Source: an uncultured Pseudanabaenaceae cyanobacterium
Lineage (GTDB): Bacteria; Cyanobacteriota; Cyanobacteriia; PCC-9006; JAAUQQ01
Length of the DNA: 64,000 nucleotides
Direction of reading: 5' to 3'
Assembly: GCA_938021205.1 (NCBI GenBank)
Contig: CALIGI010000058.1
Coordinates: forward strand, 13,169-77,168
Part shown: in pieces, positions 1 to 10,176 of the stretch
Numbering within the stretch: the first letter of the stretch is position 1
Layout of the letters: every line of letters starts with the position of its first letter
The notes under the pieces: model-generated
Seen by the model: only the letters and a program-made list of their open reading frames with translations
What the model was told of the DNA's origin: nothing
Databases searched by the model: none
Program-made: the position numbers and the translations under genes

Positions 1-11
1 ATCGCACCCAG

Positions 12-368
12 GTGGCAGAGGTTCGAGACATTGGCTCTGACTGGCGGACTCCAGAGGGGATTCAGCCCGGTATTTCTCTCGAAGAGCTAGAAGCAATTCT
101 GGGTCCCTTTCAATTTTCAGGGTTTGCCTGGGACTATGGTGGCACCGTCATGCTAGAAGGTACCACCCTCGACAACTATGACTCTCAGCTCATTGTGCGT
201 CTTCAGCCCACCCCAGCAGATACCCACCAAACCCAGGCCCTAAGGGAAGTTTTAGGGGATGAGCTAGTAGATTCTGACCATGAGAGTTTCAATGAAATTC
301 ACCCTATCGTCGATGAAATCATCGTGAGCTTGGCTAAGCCCAATGCGCTTCGTGGTTTAGGGCTGTAG
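12..368 (+). CDS. Hypothetical protein (118 aa). The start lies near the window edge and may be 5'-truncated or extended upstream.
   Basis: Intact ORF with coding-like composition; no recognisable motif. Confidence 0.35.
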   Translation: MAEVRDIGSDWRTPEGIQPGISLEELEAILGPFQFSGFAWDYGGTVMLEGTTLDNYDSQLIVRLQPTPADTHQTQALREVLGDELVDSDHESFNEIHPIVDEIIVSLAKPNALRGLGL

Positions 369-496
369 TGATGTGGCCAAGGCTATAAGTGATGTGAGCT
401 TGGCCATAAGGTGCCATTGATAAACTATAAAGAAAGGGTCGAGGTACACATACCTCGACCCTTTCTTTACCTGGATTTGCTAATCCCGCTTACCCC

Positions 497-1756
497 TTAG
501 AGCTGCTCACGAATCAATTCGATCGCCTTGGCATACTGAGGATCTTCAATCGTGCCAATGGAATCTGGATTATTCGACAGGCGCTTTTGGTCTTCCTTAG
601 ACAAGCTCACCTCTACATCTGGGATAATACCTTTTTTGCTGATGTCTGTTCCCTTGGGGGTGTAGTACTGGGCAATGGTCACCGCAAGACCAGAACCATC
701 AGATAAGGGGTGGAGCGATTGGACCAGGGCTTTGCCAAAGGTGGGGCTACCGACGACAACGGCACGTTCGTTATCTTGTAACGCTCCTGTGAGGATCTCA
801 CTCGAGCTTGCGGAGCCTTTGTCGACCAAAATGGCTAAGGGAAGATCAGTCAGTGCAGAGTTATCTGCCTTAATATGTTCATCCCGCTCTTCACGATCCA
901 CGGTTTGAACGATTTCCCCTTCTTTGAGCCACATGCGAGAAATATCAATGGCGGAGAAGAGTAGGCCACCGGGATTGCCCCGCAAGTCTAGAACAAAGGC
1001 ATCAGCCCCTTCAGCATTTAAGTCCTTAATGGCAGCTTGCATTTCTTCAGCAGCATGGGCTGTGAACTGGCTAAGGCGGATATAGCCCACACGAGCGCCT
1101 TCTTCTTGGCGAACGCTGTGCTCAACGCTGGGAATCTCAATACGGGCACGGATGAGCTTGCGGACGACCTTGCGACCCTCACTGAGGAATTCTAGGCTGA
1201 TGCTGGTGCCTGCCTTTCCCCGAATTTTTTCTGCCGCTTCCTCGACGGTCATGCCCATGGTGGGAACGCCATCGATCTTAATAATTTGGTCACCTGCTTT
1301 AACGCCAGCGGCAATGGCGGGAGAGTTTTTGATCGGAGAAGAGACAGTGAGAATCTGGGTCTCCTCGTCCTGGGTCAGGCGCATGCCCACACCGGATAGT
1401 TCTCCGGAGGTTTGGTTGGTGAGGGATTCATACTGCTTCTGATCCATGAAGCGGGTATAGGGATCTTCCAATGTCTTGAGGGCGCTCCGCAGCGCCTCAT
1501 AGGCATCTTCGCGAGTGCTGTAATCCTTCTTGAGAAGTCCACTGCGGACCTCTTGCCAATCTTGGGAGTTGAACGATGGGTCAACATACTCCCGATTCAC
1601 GATCTGCCAAGCTTGATCGACGATCGCCTTGGGACTTTCTTGCCAAGCTGCTCGAACAGAACTCCCTGGTGCGATGAGTGAGAGGGAGAACGTTGTTGCG
1701 ATCGCCCCCGCAAACAGCATCGCTTGGGTGGGTGAAAAGGATTTGAATAGCTTCAT
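497..1756 (-). CDS. Carboxyl-terminal processing protease (S41 peptidase with PDZ domain, Ctp family).
   Basis: N-terminal signal peptide. PDZ segment (GVGMRL...AGVKAGDQIIKIDG) followed by an S41 catalytic core (FVLDLRGNPGGLL ... KGSASSSEI). Typical length of about 420 aa. Confidence 0.9.
   Translation of the reverse strand: MKLFKSFSPTQAMLFAGAIATTFSLSLIAPGSSVRAAWQESPKAIVDQAWQIVNREYVDPSFNSQDWQEVRSGLLKKDYSTREDAYEALRSALKTLEDPYTRFMDQKQYESLTNQTSGELSGVGMRLTQDEETQILTVSSPIKNSPAIAAGVKAGDQIIKIDGVPTMGMTVEEAAEKIRGKAGTSISLEFLSEGRKVVRKLIRARIEIPSVEHSVRQEEGARVGYIRLSQFTAHAAEEMQAAIKDLNAEGADAFVLDLRGNPGGLLFSAIDISRMWLKEGEIVQTVDREERDEHIKADNSALTDLPLAILVDKGSASSSEILTGALQDNERAVVVGSPTFGKALVQSLHPLSDGSGLAVTIAQYYTPKGTDISKKGIIPDVEVSLSKEDQKRLSNNPDSIGTIEDPQYAKAIELIREQL
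1697..1704. repeat. HIP1 octamer palindrome GCGATCGC (one example; dozens of copies are scattered through the window, both genic and intergenic, e.g. 3311..3318, 3331..3338 and 30431..30438).
   Basis: Direct reading. The abundance of this octamer is a hallmark of many cyanobacterial genomes. Confidence 0.9.
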
Positions 1757-2254
1757 GTGTATTCTGCTAGCAGAAGCGACTTAGGGAGAATTGTTAATGG
1801 CTGATCTAGTTCGGTCGAGTGACTATAGACCAGGCATCGCGTTATGTAGCAATTGTGAACTGTTCACATAAGAATTATCTGAGACATGTCGAAGAATTGC
1901 ACCCCAGTCGGCCATAATTCTGCAATTTGTTCAGATGCTTCCCAGGTTAAAAGGAAATTTCTCAGAACCCCAGGGGGCTGTGCCAGTTCCGTGAGGTGGA
2001 TACAACGGTTTGAGTTAAGGCCGTTGCCTGGGCTCAGCTCGCCAATCTAAACAATCTGGCTTGCAGACTGGCTAGCAAATTCTCAGCTCCATCGCTCTTC
2101 GAGACCATGAGCCATAAATCAGCCTAAAACTGGAACGAAAAATCGTCCGACTCATGGTGATTAGCTTGTGAAAACAATGGTAGTGCCGTTTGTATAGGAC
2201 AAGTCGGGCCGTTGCATCTTTTTTTTTCTGCACCCATGCTATTCCCTTAGACCC

Positions 2255-2965
2255 TTGCGCCCAGCCCAAAAGTTCCGTCAAGTTCGCCAATACTGCTGGA
2301 TCGCCATCCTGGCATTGTTGATTGGCTTATTATTTCATCTCAGCTTCCAGCTTTATCAGGCGGCCCATCGTCCGGTAGATGCGGTCTTGGTCTTGGGCGG
2401 TAGCATTCGCCGGGAAATGGCTGCGGCAGAACTGGCCCGCGATCAGTCCCAGCTACCCATTTTGATTTCTGCTGGCTCTCCTGCTCCCTGTATCTGGGCC
2501 ATTGTTGAGCGAGAAGCTCCACCGGCGAGCGCTGACCTCGGCACTGCGGACCCTAAGTCGCATATCTGGTTGGAGTCCTGCGCGAGCTCAACGCTCGGTA
2601 ACTATCGCTTCGGCCTGCCCATTCTTCAAAGCTGGGGCGTTCGCCATGTCGAGCTCATGACCTCCGGCACTCATCAAGTGAGAGCGACAGGTTTAGGATG
2701 GATTATTTTGGGGAGTCATGGGATTTGGCTGAGCCCCACTCCTGTGGCGGAAACAGGCCGTCCCGGCAATCAAGAATCAATCTTGAAGACCTTGATAGAT
2801 TGGATGCGGGGGGTGGGCTGGGCCTTTATTAGCCAGCTGTATGAGCCTCAGTGCAATGGGTTGGTGCGCCTCGATCAAGTTGTTTTGGAGGATTGGGTCG
2901 ATCTCGATTTTGAATGTGAGCATCAAGGCCAGGTAGAGCTACCAGATATCTTTGAGCGCCCATAA
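2255..2965 (+). CDS. DUF218 / YdcF-ElyC-like membrane-anchored protein.
   Basis: N-terminal TM helix, then VLVLGGSIRRE...PILISAGS, which is characteristic of the DUF218 (SanA/YdcF) fold. Confidence 0.5.
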   Translation: MRPAQKFRQVRQYCWIAILALLIGLLFHLSFQLYQAAHRPVDAVLVLGGSIRREMAAAELARDQSQLPILISAGSPAPCIWAIVEREAPPASADLGTADPKSHIWLESCASSTLGNYRFGLPILQSWGVRHVELMTSGTHQVRATGLGWIILGSHGIWLSPTPVAETGRPGNQESILKTLIDWMRGVGWAFISQLYEPQCNGLVRLDQVVLEDWVDLDFECEHQGQVELPDIFERP

Positions 2966-3276
2966 TCCCTCAAAATTGCAGCAGGCATTTCCCCATATCT
3001 TTGCGGCCTTCATCTATGTTTTAGTCAGCTTTACTATTCTCTATGCTGCCTCAAACCTATACCCCAAAAGAATTTTGGGAAATCTAAGACTAGCTCTACT
3101 CGTTGCTGTAACTATGACACCTGACGATTTCACGATCGGTCGTCATAGCAACCAGCACTATGAGTCCCCCACTCAGGTCGTGCATCTCCCTTCCGTAAGT
3201 GACCTAAGGTAACTCCCCTTGCCCAGGCCCCTGCTAAGGAGAGCAAATTCTATTCGCTCACGCTTCCTTTGCTGCC

Positions 3277-3801
3277 ATGGTGACGCAGGTTTCTTCTAAT
3301 TCTGTTAATCGCGATCGCCAACCCAGACCTGCGATCGCAACTGCTCCTTCTCCCAGTCCACCCCATCGAACTTGCTCTACCCTTGTTCCTCCAGCCTCCT
3401 CTCAGCTCGAAAGCTCGCTGCTCTGGCGCAAACAGCCATGCAACCCGGTTGGGTATAACTACCAAGCCCATGTCACTGGTGCAGTGCTATTTGACAATAA
3501 CGGGCTGCCCCAGGAATACTTCACCACCGCCCAAATTAGCCTAGAGAACTGGGAGCAGCTGATCTTTCAACTCCTGGGCTTGCGTTGGCTCTTGATGTCT
3601 TCGCTTAACTTCGAACGCTTTGGCTTTGCCCGCGCCTCTAGCGGTCACCACACGGCAGTCCTACTGCGTCAGCGAGAGAGTTACCTGGCCCTCCTCACCG
3701 AAAATCTTCAGGACAAGATCTACGACCTGGAATATCGTCAGTGGCTTTCAGCTTTTGAGCTCACTGAGCTAAGACGCGATCAGCGCTTTCAAGCGTTCTA
3801 A
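3277..3801 (+). CDS. Hypothetical protein (174 aa) with a Pro/Ser-rich N-terminus.
   Basis: Intact ORF. HIP1 sites lie inside in frame. No recognised domain. Confidence 0.4.
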   Translation: MVTQVSSNSVNRDRQPRPAIATAPSPSPPHRTCSTLVPPASSQLESSLLWRKQPCNPVGYNYQAHVTGAVLFDNNGLPQEYFTTAQISLENWEQLIFQLLGLRWLLMSSLNFERFGFARASSGHHTAVLLRQRESYLALLTENLQDKIYDLEYRQWLSAFELTELRRDQRFQAF

Positions 3802-3835
3802 GCTTCACACCTGTTCATGGATGCAGGGCGCCCCA

Positions 3836-4567
3836 TTAAACGCCTTGGGGGTAGTCTTCCCATAGTTCTGTTGTCTGGCGGAGGCTACGAAACGAGCCTC
3901 CGCCCAAAATTAGATGATCTAATAGGGGTAGGCCTAATATTTGAGCCCCATGGAGCAATTGCTCAGTGAGCTGAATGTCTTCCGGACTCGGCTCTACGCT
4001 CCCCGAGGGATGGTTGTGGGCGACGATGACTCGGGTTGCCCCATTGCGAATCACCTCTCGAAAAATCTCCCTGGGATGGGCTAAGGTCTCCGTCGCGGTA
4101 CCCACGGTAATTACGCGATTGCCAATGGGTCGATTCTTCACGTCCAGCATCAGCACTGCAAAGTGCTCCTGGCTCTCCCACATCAAGTCTGAGGCTAGGT
4201 AGGCCACTGCTGCTTCGGGGCTCTCTAGTGGTAAGCGCTCTAGGGGACGAGATTGATATACTCGTTTGCCCAGTTCTAGACCGGCTAAGATCGTGCAAGC
4301 TTTGGTGGGACCCACCCCCAGCACGGTCGTCAATTCGGCAATGGAGGCTTCGCGTAATACAGCAATGGGATCGCGTTCATTCTGGCCCAGGTTGTGGAGT
4401 ATATACTCCCCCAGTCCCACTGCCGACAGCTTGCCAGGTCCCTGGCCGGTGCGTAGCAAAATGGCCAGTAGTTCTGCATTAGACAGCACACGCACGCCGT
4501 CAGAGAGGAGTCGCTCCCGAGGGCGTTCTGAAGCGGGTAAGTCAGCAACGCGTAGGCTGTAGGTCAT
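3836..4567 (-). CDS. radC: RadC-like JAB/MPN domain protein (UPF0758).
   Basis: N-terminus [37 protein letters not shown] (helix-hairpin-helix region). C-terminal JAB motif [18 protein letters not shown]. Confidence 0.85.
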   Translation of the reverse strand: MTYSLRVADLPASERPRERLLSDGVRVLSNAELLAILLRTGQGPGKLSAVGLGEYILHNLGQNERDPIAVLREASIAELTTVLGVGPTKACTILAGLELGKRVYQSRPLERLPLESPEAAVAYLASDLMWESQEHFAVLMLDVKNRPIGNRVITVGTATETLAHPREIFREVIRNGATRVIVAHNHPSGSVEPSPEDIQLTEQLLHGAQILGLPLLDHLILGGGSFRSLRQTTELWEDYPQGV

Positions 4568-4887
4568 GGCAGTTATGTCTGGAAATGGCGATTGAGTTGA
4601 TATTCAATGGCGATGCCCGGGGACTCAGATTAGGAGGCGACGGTTCCCATCTTCATCAACCTTTGCTTGTAATGGTCCGGGATGGTCACCTTCGTAAATA
4701 GTACATAGGATCTTCTGAGAATCCGTATAAAGCTGGCGTTTTGATGGCTCGCTCCCAAGCCCTCTGCTGGATGGACAAGCCACGGACTGCCTTGGCCCTA
4801 GTCCACTGAGCCGATATGCAAAAAAGCCTTCCGCGACTGCGAAAAGCTTCAAGATTCTTCAGTTTCTCGCAGCCAATCAGCGAGCAG

Positions 4888-6258
4888 TTACCAATAAGGG
4901 GATTCCCAATCGCTCCCGACACGGATCGTCAGTTCCGATTCTAGATGTCCTGTGGAAGCAGAATCAATTTGCCCCAGAGATAACCGACGCTCTACGAGTT
5001 TGGCGGCGCTCAAATCTCCCTGCTGAACAATAATTGAAGTTTCTTCCACAATATCGGGCCAGTCATTCACCACATAGACCGAATTGAACCCTAGTTCCCG
5101 CAGATGATCGGCCATGTGATACGCCTGGTCAGAATAATTAGAGGCGTTTTGGACCGCGATCGCCATGTCGTAGGGGGACTGGCTGCTGGAAACGTTATCC
5201 CAATTGCGATCGTCTTGAGCCCAGCGGCTTTGGGGCTCCACGTCAAAATAGGAAGACAGAATATCGTCCCGCTTAGACTCATCCATGATCCAGTAACTGG
5301 AATTGAATTCCCCATACTCACTGGCTCTACCCGGTAGCATCACCATTTGCATCTCGGCAGGCTCGAGCTGGAGACCAAAGCGGATTAGTGCCATTAGCTC
5401 ATCGCCACTCAGGTTGGTGTTGGTGTAGTCCTGGGCAATATTCAGCAGTTGAGGCAAGCGCGCCACGATGGTGGGATTGGTGAAACGCTTGCGCAGGGCT
5501 TTCAGCAAGGTCTGTTGACGCTGAACCCGGCCAATGTCGCCGTAGGCGTCATTACGGAAACGGGCAAACTGTTCGGCTTCATCACCATCGAGAGTCTGCC
5601 AACCTTCCCGCAGATCGATCTCTAGCCCCTGGGTGTTATCGACGTAGTACATATCCTTTGGCACGAATACCCGAACCCCACCGATCGCATCCACAATGGC
5701 TCTAAAGGCCCCAGTATTAACCCGTAGATAGCGGTCAATTTTAACATCATTGAAGTTATGGGTGACCACTTCCCGAGCCAAGGCAGGCCCCCCCATCCAG
5801 TTAGCATGGTTTACCTTTGTACGCCCATAGCCAGGTATCTCAACCTGGGTGTCGCGGGGAATAGATAAGACTGAAACCTGTTCGCTGCGAGGGTCTAAAT
5901 GGAGCAGGAGCATGGTGTCACTGCGGCCTGAAAAGCTCTCTTCCGAGCCTGCCTCGACATTGGGAACTTCATCTATACCCATCACGAGGACATTGACTGG
6001 CCTTGCTAAGGGGCGCAGCAAGCCACCTTCTTTGAGAATTTCTTCAGAATTCTCCCCAGCAATGCTGGAACTGGGGAGGGGTAGCCAAAGGGAGGCTGCG
6101 ATTCCTACGGAAGCGGCCAGCACGGCGCAGGTGGCGTAGGTCGAACGCCAAAAGAGCTTCTTCAGTGTGGAGGGTTGCTGGGCCGAAGCGGATTGATTCA
6201 CAGATCGCGCATTTCCGTAGTCTGGACTGGACTCAAATGTAAATAAAGCGGCTCTCAA
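4888..6258 (-). CDS. LytR-CpsA-Psr (LCP) family protein with a C-terminal LytR_C domain.
   Basis: N-terminal TM anchor. LCP core VNVLVMGIDE...RSDTMLLLHLDPRSEQVSVLSIPRDTQVEIPGYG...NHA, plus a C-terminal accessory domain. Confidence 0.85.
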   Translation of the reverse strand: MRAALFTFESSPDYGNARSVNQSASAQQPSTLKKLFWRSTYATCAVLAASVGIAASLWLPLPSSSIAGENSEEILKEGGLLRPLARPVNVLVMGIDEVPNVEAGSEESFSGRSDTMLLLHLDPRSEQVSVLSIPRDTQVEIPGYGRTKVNHANWMGGPALAREVVTHNFNDVKIDRYLRVNTGAFRAIVDAIGGVRVFVPKDMYYVDNTQGLEIDLREGWQTLDGDEAEQFARFRNDAYGDIGRVQRQQTLLKALRKRFTNPTIVARLPQLLNIAQDYTNTNLSGDELMALIRFGLQLEPAEMQMVMLPGRASEYGEFNSSYWIMDESKRDDILSSYFDVEPQSRWAQDDRNWDNVSSSQSPYDMAIAVQNASNYSDQAYHMADHLRELGFNSVYVVNDWPDIVEETSIIVQQGDLSAAKLVERRLSLGQIDSASTGHLESELTIRVGSDWESPYW

Positions 6259-6794
6259 AGGCCAGGGGCTAGCCCCTCCACTGAGAAAGGTGCACTGTCC
6301 CTGTTTCGCTTTGGCGAAGGATTAATCAGGACTAATTACATTGGGGATTTCAACTGCCCCGCATCACAGTTCACGCCGTAAACAGAACTCTTGGGGGGAT
6401 ACAATTTGCGCTGACAATGGCAAGACAAGCGAGAGCACAGCGGCTCGATATCGGATTGAACCAGCTATTGTCCGTTTTGTTTATTAAGCTAAATTGCCCA
6501 GCATTTATATTCTTTAACTGTTATTACTATATCCCCTAAGTCATAGCAGATCTGCTCCACGACAGACATTTCTCGAAGGTGGATGGTGATGGGCCGTGAA
6601 GCGATCGCAAAAAATACCGTCAGGCATGGTCTTTGGAACCTCCATTTGCGCAATAGTAATTTGGGCTTGGGCTGGCCTAGGTTATTAGGCTGAGTCTTTT
6701 TTGAGTCATGGTCGTATAGAACTAGCTTCATCAAGCCCCAATCTTGGGCATTGTTAATCAGTAGACTCAACGCAGTAGAGGAAGGTTTCACAGC

Positions 6795-7877
6795 ATGGGC
6801 AGCAGTGTAGGTCAAGGCAGTCGAGTCATTCCCATGATTTTGGCTGGTGGTAAGGGTGAACGCTTCTGGCCGCTCAGCCGCCGCGAATATCCCAAACAAT
6901 TCCTCAGCCTGGACGGTAGCGGTAAGACCCTGCTCCAGGCCACTGCCGAGCGGCTCAAGGCCATGACCGGTAGCTGGGATGATGTGTGGGTGGTGACGGC
7001 GTCCCACCTAGCAGATGGCGTGCGTGAGCAACTGCCTGAAATGCCCGATCGCAATTTGCTGGTGGAACCCCAGGCCCAGGACACCGCCCCAGCCGTGGCT
7101 TGGGCAACTCTGGAAGCTGCGAAGCATTATGGCGAAGAGGCTATTTTGGGCTTTTTCCCCGCAGACCACTGGATTGAGGATGAGCAAGCCTTCTTCCAGA
7201 CGGTCAATGCGGCTGCGGAACTGAGTGAAAAGCAGGGGGCGATCGCAACCCTAGGCATCAAGCCGACCTTTGCCTCTACAGGCTATGGCTACATCGAGCA
7301 GGGCGATGCTCTGGGCGAGTTTGGCGGTCTCCTAGCCCACAAGGTGAGCCGCTTCACTGAAAAGCCGGATGCAACCAAGGCCCAGGAATTCATTGATAGT
7401 GGCCGCTTCAGCTGGAACGGTGGCATGTTCATCTTCCAAATTGCCACGGCCTTGGCCGAGCTGCGCACCCATGCTCCGGAAATTATGGTTCCCCTGGAAG
7501 CAAAGGGAGTCGAAGCCTATCCCAGCTTGACCAAGCTGAGCATTGACTATGCCCTGATGGAGAAGACTGATAAGGCCTGCGTAGTGCCCATTACCTTTGG
7601 TTGGGACGACCTCGGGGACTGGAATGCGATCGAGCGTTTGCTGAAGAAAGAAGCTGACACCAACGTCGAGCTTTGCCAGCATGTGAATACGGATAGCGAT
7701 GGCTGCATTCTCTATACCCAAGATGACGGCGAGTTAGTGGCTACCATCGGCCTCAAGGATGTTGTTGTGGTGCGGGCTGGAAAAGCGACCCTGATTGTGG
7801 ATAAGGCTCGGACCCAGGAGATCAAGCCCCTGCTCAAGCAAATTCGCGAGAATCCTAAGTACCAAGATCTGTTGTAG
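6795..7877 (+). CDS. manC: Mannose-1-phosphate guanylyltransferase (GDP-mannose pyrophosphorylase), a short form without the isomerase domain.
   Basis: IPMILAGGKGERFWPLSR...PKQF nucleotidyltransferase signature and overall ManC architecture of about 360 aa. The true start may be the internal MILAGG methionine. Confidence 0.85.
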   Translation: MGSSVGQGSRVIPMILAGGKGERFWPLSRREYPKQFLSLDGSGKTLLQATAERLKAMTGSWDDVWVVTASHLADGVREQLPEMPDRNLLVEPQAQDTAPAVAWATLEAAKHYGEEAILGFFPADHWIEDEQAFFQTVNAAAELSEKQGAIATLGIKPTFASTGYGYIEQGDALGEFGGLLAHKVSRFTEKPDATKAQEFIDSGRFSWNGGMFIFQIATALAELRTHAPEIMVPLEAKGVEAYPSLTKLSIDYALMEKTDKACVVPITFGWDDLGDWNAIERLLKKEADTNVELCQHVNTDSDGCILYTQDDGELVATIGLKDVVVVRAGKATLIVDKARTQEIKPLLKQIRENPKYQDLL

Positions 7878-8115
7878 ACAAAAAGAGGTGATTTGACCGA
7901 ACAATTTCCTAACGCGCTGGGTGTCCAGCGGTTTGGGAATGTCACGTAGGGGCAGGGTCTTTCTGCCCTCGGCCCTGTCCTTGGCAATTGCAAGGGGGGG
8001 AAGACTCCGCTCTTACTACAGGATCGGTCTGAATACAATTCTGCTCAATTCCTTGGCTCAGACCCTTTCGTAGGTACACTTGTGCTATTGCGCGATTGTC
8101 GATGGAATTTAGCAA

Positions 8116-8754
8116 ATGGTCTTCCTCAGGGATGCAGCGGACAGTGACTGCCTCGAGTTAGGCAAAGTGGTGAAGTCCAATTCCCACTGCGACTATGTGG
8201 TACAGCTCCACGATCGTATGAGTGTGGGTCATCCCCCGGAGCCCGATGATTGCGGCTTTGGTAGCTTTGTCAAACTGGGGAATGGCGATCGCAATCCTGT
8301 CGTGGGCATTGTCTACAACTCCCAGTTGCTCAACCCCATGTTCTTGAACAACGGGCCTCGCCTGTCCAGTGAGCCGGACCCTGTTTTTGCTCCAGATCTG
8401 ATTAATGAAACCCGAACACTCCTGGGAATTGTTCTCATTGGGAAGCTAGCCGGAGAGGGAAGAAATATTCACGGTGAACAAGGCATCCCGCGAGAGGTGG
8501 TTCCTGTCAATGCTCCCGCTGCCTGTATGAGCAATGACGAGATTTATCGGTTTCATTTGAACGGCGACGAAACCCCACAATTTCGCTACTACAACCTACT
8601 TTTGCGCTACGGCGGTAGTTTTGCGGCTGATCTCACCGAGCAAGTCCTACAAGGCTTGATCGAATTCCAGCTTTTTCGTCACGAAGAGCAACGTGCCTTA
8701 GAAACGCTCTGTAAAGAGCTGACCTGGCGAAACACGATGGGTAGCCTTCGCTAA
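8116..8754 (+). CDS. Hypothetical protein (212 aa).
   Basis: Intact ORF. No motif recognised. Confidence 0.35.
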   Translation: MVFLRDAADSDCLELGKVVKSNSHCDYVVQLHDRMSVGHPPEPDDCGFGSFVKLGNGDRNPVVGIVYNSQLLNPMFLNNGPRLSSEPDPVFAPDLINETRTLLGIVLIGKLAGEGRNIHGEQGIPREVVPVNAPAACMSNDEIYRFHLNGDETPQFRYYNLLLRYGGSFAADLTEQVLQGLIEFQLFRHEEQRALETLCKELTWRNTMGSLR

Positions 8755-8954
8755 GGAATAAGCATTCAATAAGATCTTCCCCTTCTTCAAGGGGAATTTG
8801 AGGGGGATCGACTGTTTGGCTTGCCCCGGGCTGATCCCACCCAGCCCCTTTGAGAAGAGAGCTAATCACGTTGCGGCCTTAATAAATCCTTGTTCCTAAG
8901 CCATGCTTTCGGGATGCAAATGAGCCTCCATTCGCTTGGCTCCCTGATAAAACC

Positions 8955-8993
8955 AGAAAAAAACCGACGAAGTCTAAAAAGACTTCGTCGGTT
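8955..8993 (-). terminator. Orphan rho-independent terminator on the minus strand: a 14-bp perfect stem, 5-nt loop, then T7 on the minus strand.
   Basis: Plus-strand sequence aaaaaaaccgacgaagtctaaaaagacttcgtcggtt. No annotated minus-strand CDS ends here. Confidence 0.6.
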
Positions 8994-9406
8994 AACTGTG
9001 TGTTCCCTGTTGATGACTCGGCTAAAGTTGAGCCACCTACAATATGACTGTTATACGCCATTATTGGACGTTGCGTACGCTACATTGCGTAGTGATTTGC
9101 ATCACAATTAGGCCAAAGCGCTTGGATTGGAACGCTTTGCAGTCATGGGCTGTAACCAGAAAATGGGATGCTCATGTAAAACTCTAAGTTTTATGTCAAT
9201 TTTCGGAATTGAACTAATGACTTCTAAACCCATCCAGCATTGGATGCTGATGTTCTGTTTCGTCGGATTTCCGACCTTCTCTCGCTGGAGAGTACCACCG
9301 TTAATTGGAGGGGTCTATGCCACACTTAAATAAGAAAGCTTTGCGATAGCTCGATTCAGATTGCATTACGCCTGAGCTCTACGCTATTCCCCCTTCGCGA
9401 ATCACC

Positions 9407-9886
9407 ATGGGTAACCAATACAGTCAAGACGACGTCCAACAAATTCTTCATCTGGCGATCGCTCGCCAAACCCATGAACAAGATGATCTGAGTCGGGCTC
9501 AACTGATTGAGATTGCCGATGAGATGGGTTTTACTCCTCAAGAACTGGATGAAGCTGAACAGGCCTGGCTCCTGCGCAAGGACCAAATCGGACTCGAAGA
9601 ACAATTTGACCAGTACCGCCAGCAGCGCCTCAAGCAAAACGGTACGAAGTATTTGATCGTCAACGGATTTCTGGTGGCGCTGGATCTGATCGCAGGAGGC
9701 GGTCTAGGCTTTTCCCTCTATATTATTGTCGGTTGGGGCTTAGGCTTAGCGATGCAGGGCAGACGCACCTATGGGCTCAAGGGTGAGGAATACGATCGCC
9801 GCTTCCAAACATGGCGCCGCAAGCGGGCCTTGAAACAGTCTGTGGATGGGATCGTTAATCGAATTTTGCCTGCGTCGATTTCTTGA
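9407..9886 (+). CDS. 2TM-domain small membrane protein (hypothetical).
   Basis: Soluble N-terminal half, then two adjacent hydrophobic helices (LIVNGFLVALDLIAGGGLGFSLYIIVGWGLGLA) and a basic tail. Confidence 0.45.
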   Translation: MGNQYSQDDVQQILHLAIARQTHEQDDLSRAQLIEIADEMGFTPQELDEAEQAWLLRKDQIGLEEQFDQYRQQRLKQNGTKYLIVNGFLVALDLIAGGGLGFSLYIIVGWGLGLAMQGRRTYGLKGEEYDRRFQTWRRKRALKQSVDGIVNRILPASIS

Positions 9887-10176
9887 GCCCCAACGTAGCC
9901 TCAACACCAAGATCTAAGGATTAAGCTTGCTCTAGTTTTATGTTTGATCATTCTACCTATATTCTGAAGCGCTGAAGCCTTGTTATTTTTCTCTGCGGAT
10001 TTTGGTATCCCAACCATCAACGGATGTGGAGCCGGTTTGCAGAATGTTGCAGTCGTTAGGATTAGACCCCAAAATCATGCAGGTTGAATATGAGCTGCAA
10101 AAGGGTGGCAATGAGATGCTGAGCTTTTCCACCACCAGCGACTCTGTTTAATAAATCAACTTCCCGAGACTGATTC

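Noticed and set aside
3963-4562. Five overlapping ORFs of 72-111 aa on both strands inside radC.
   Set aside because: All are nested within the confidently identified RadC reading frame. Arg/Ser/Pro-rich products are typical of out-of-frame translation of GC-rich coding DNA.
6489-7007. 172-aa minus-strand ORF overlapping the manC start region.
   Set aside because: It runs antisense to a well-supported gene and divergent promoter, has no motif, and has His/Gly-rich odd composition. Most likely a spurious ORF in GC-rich DNA.
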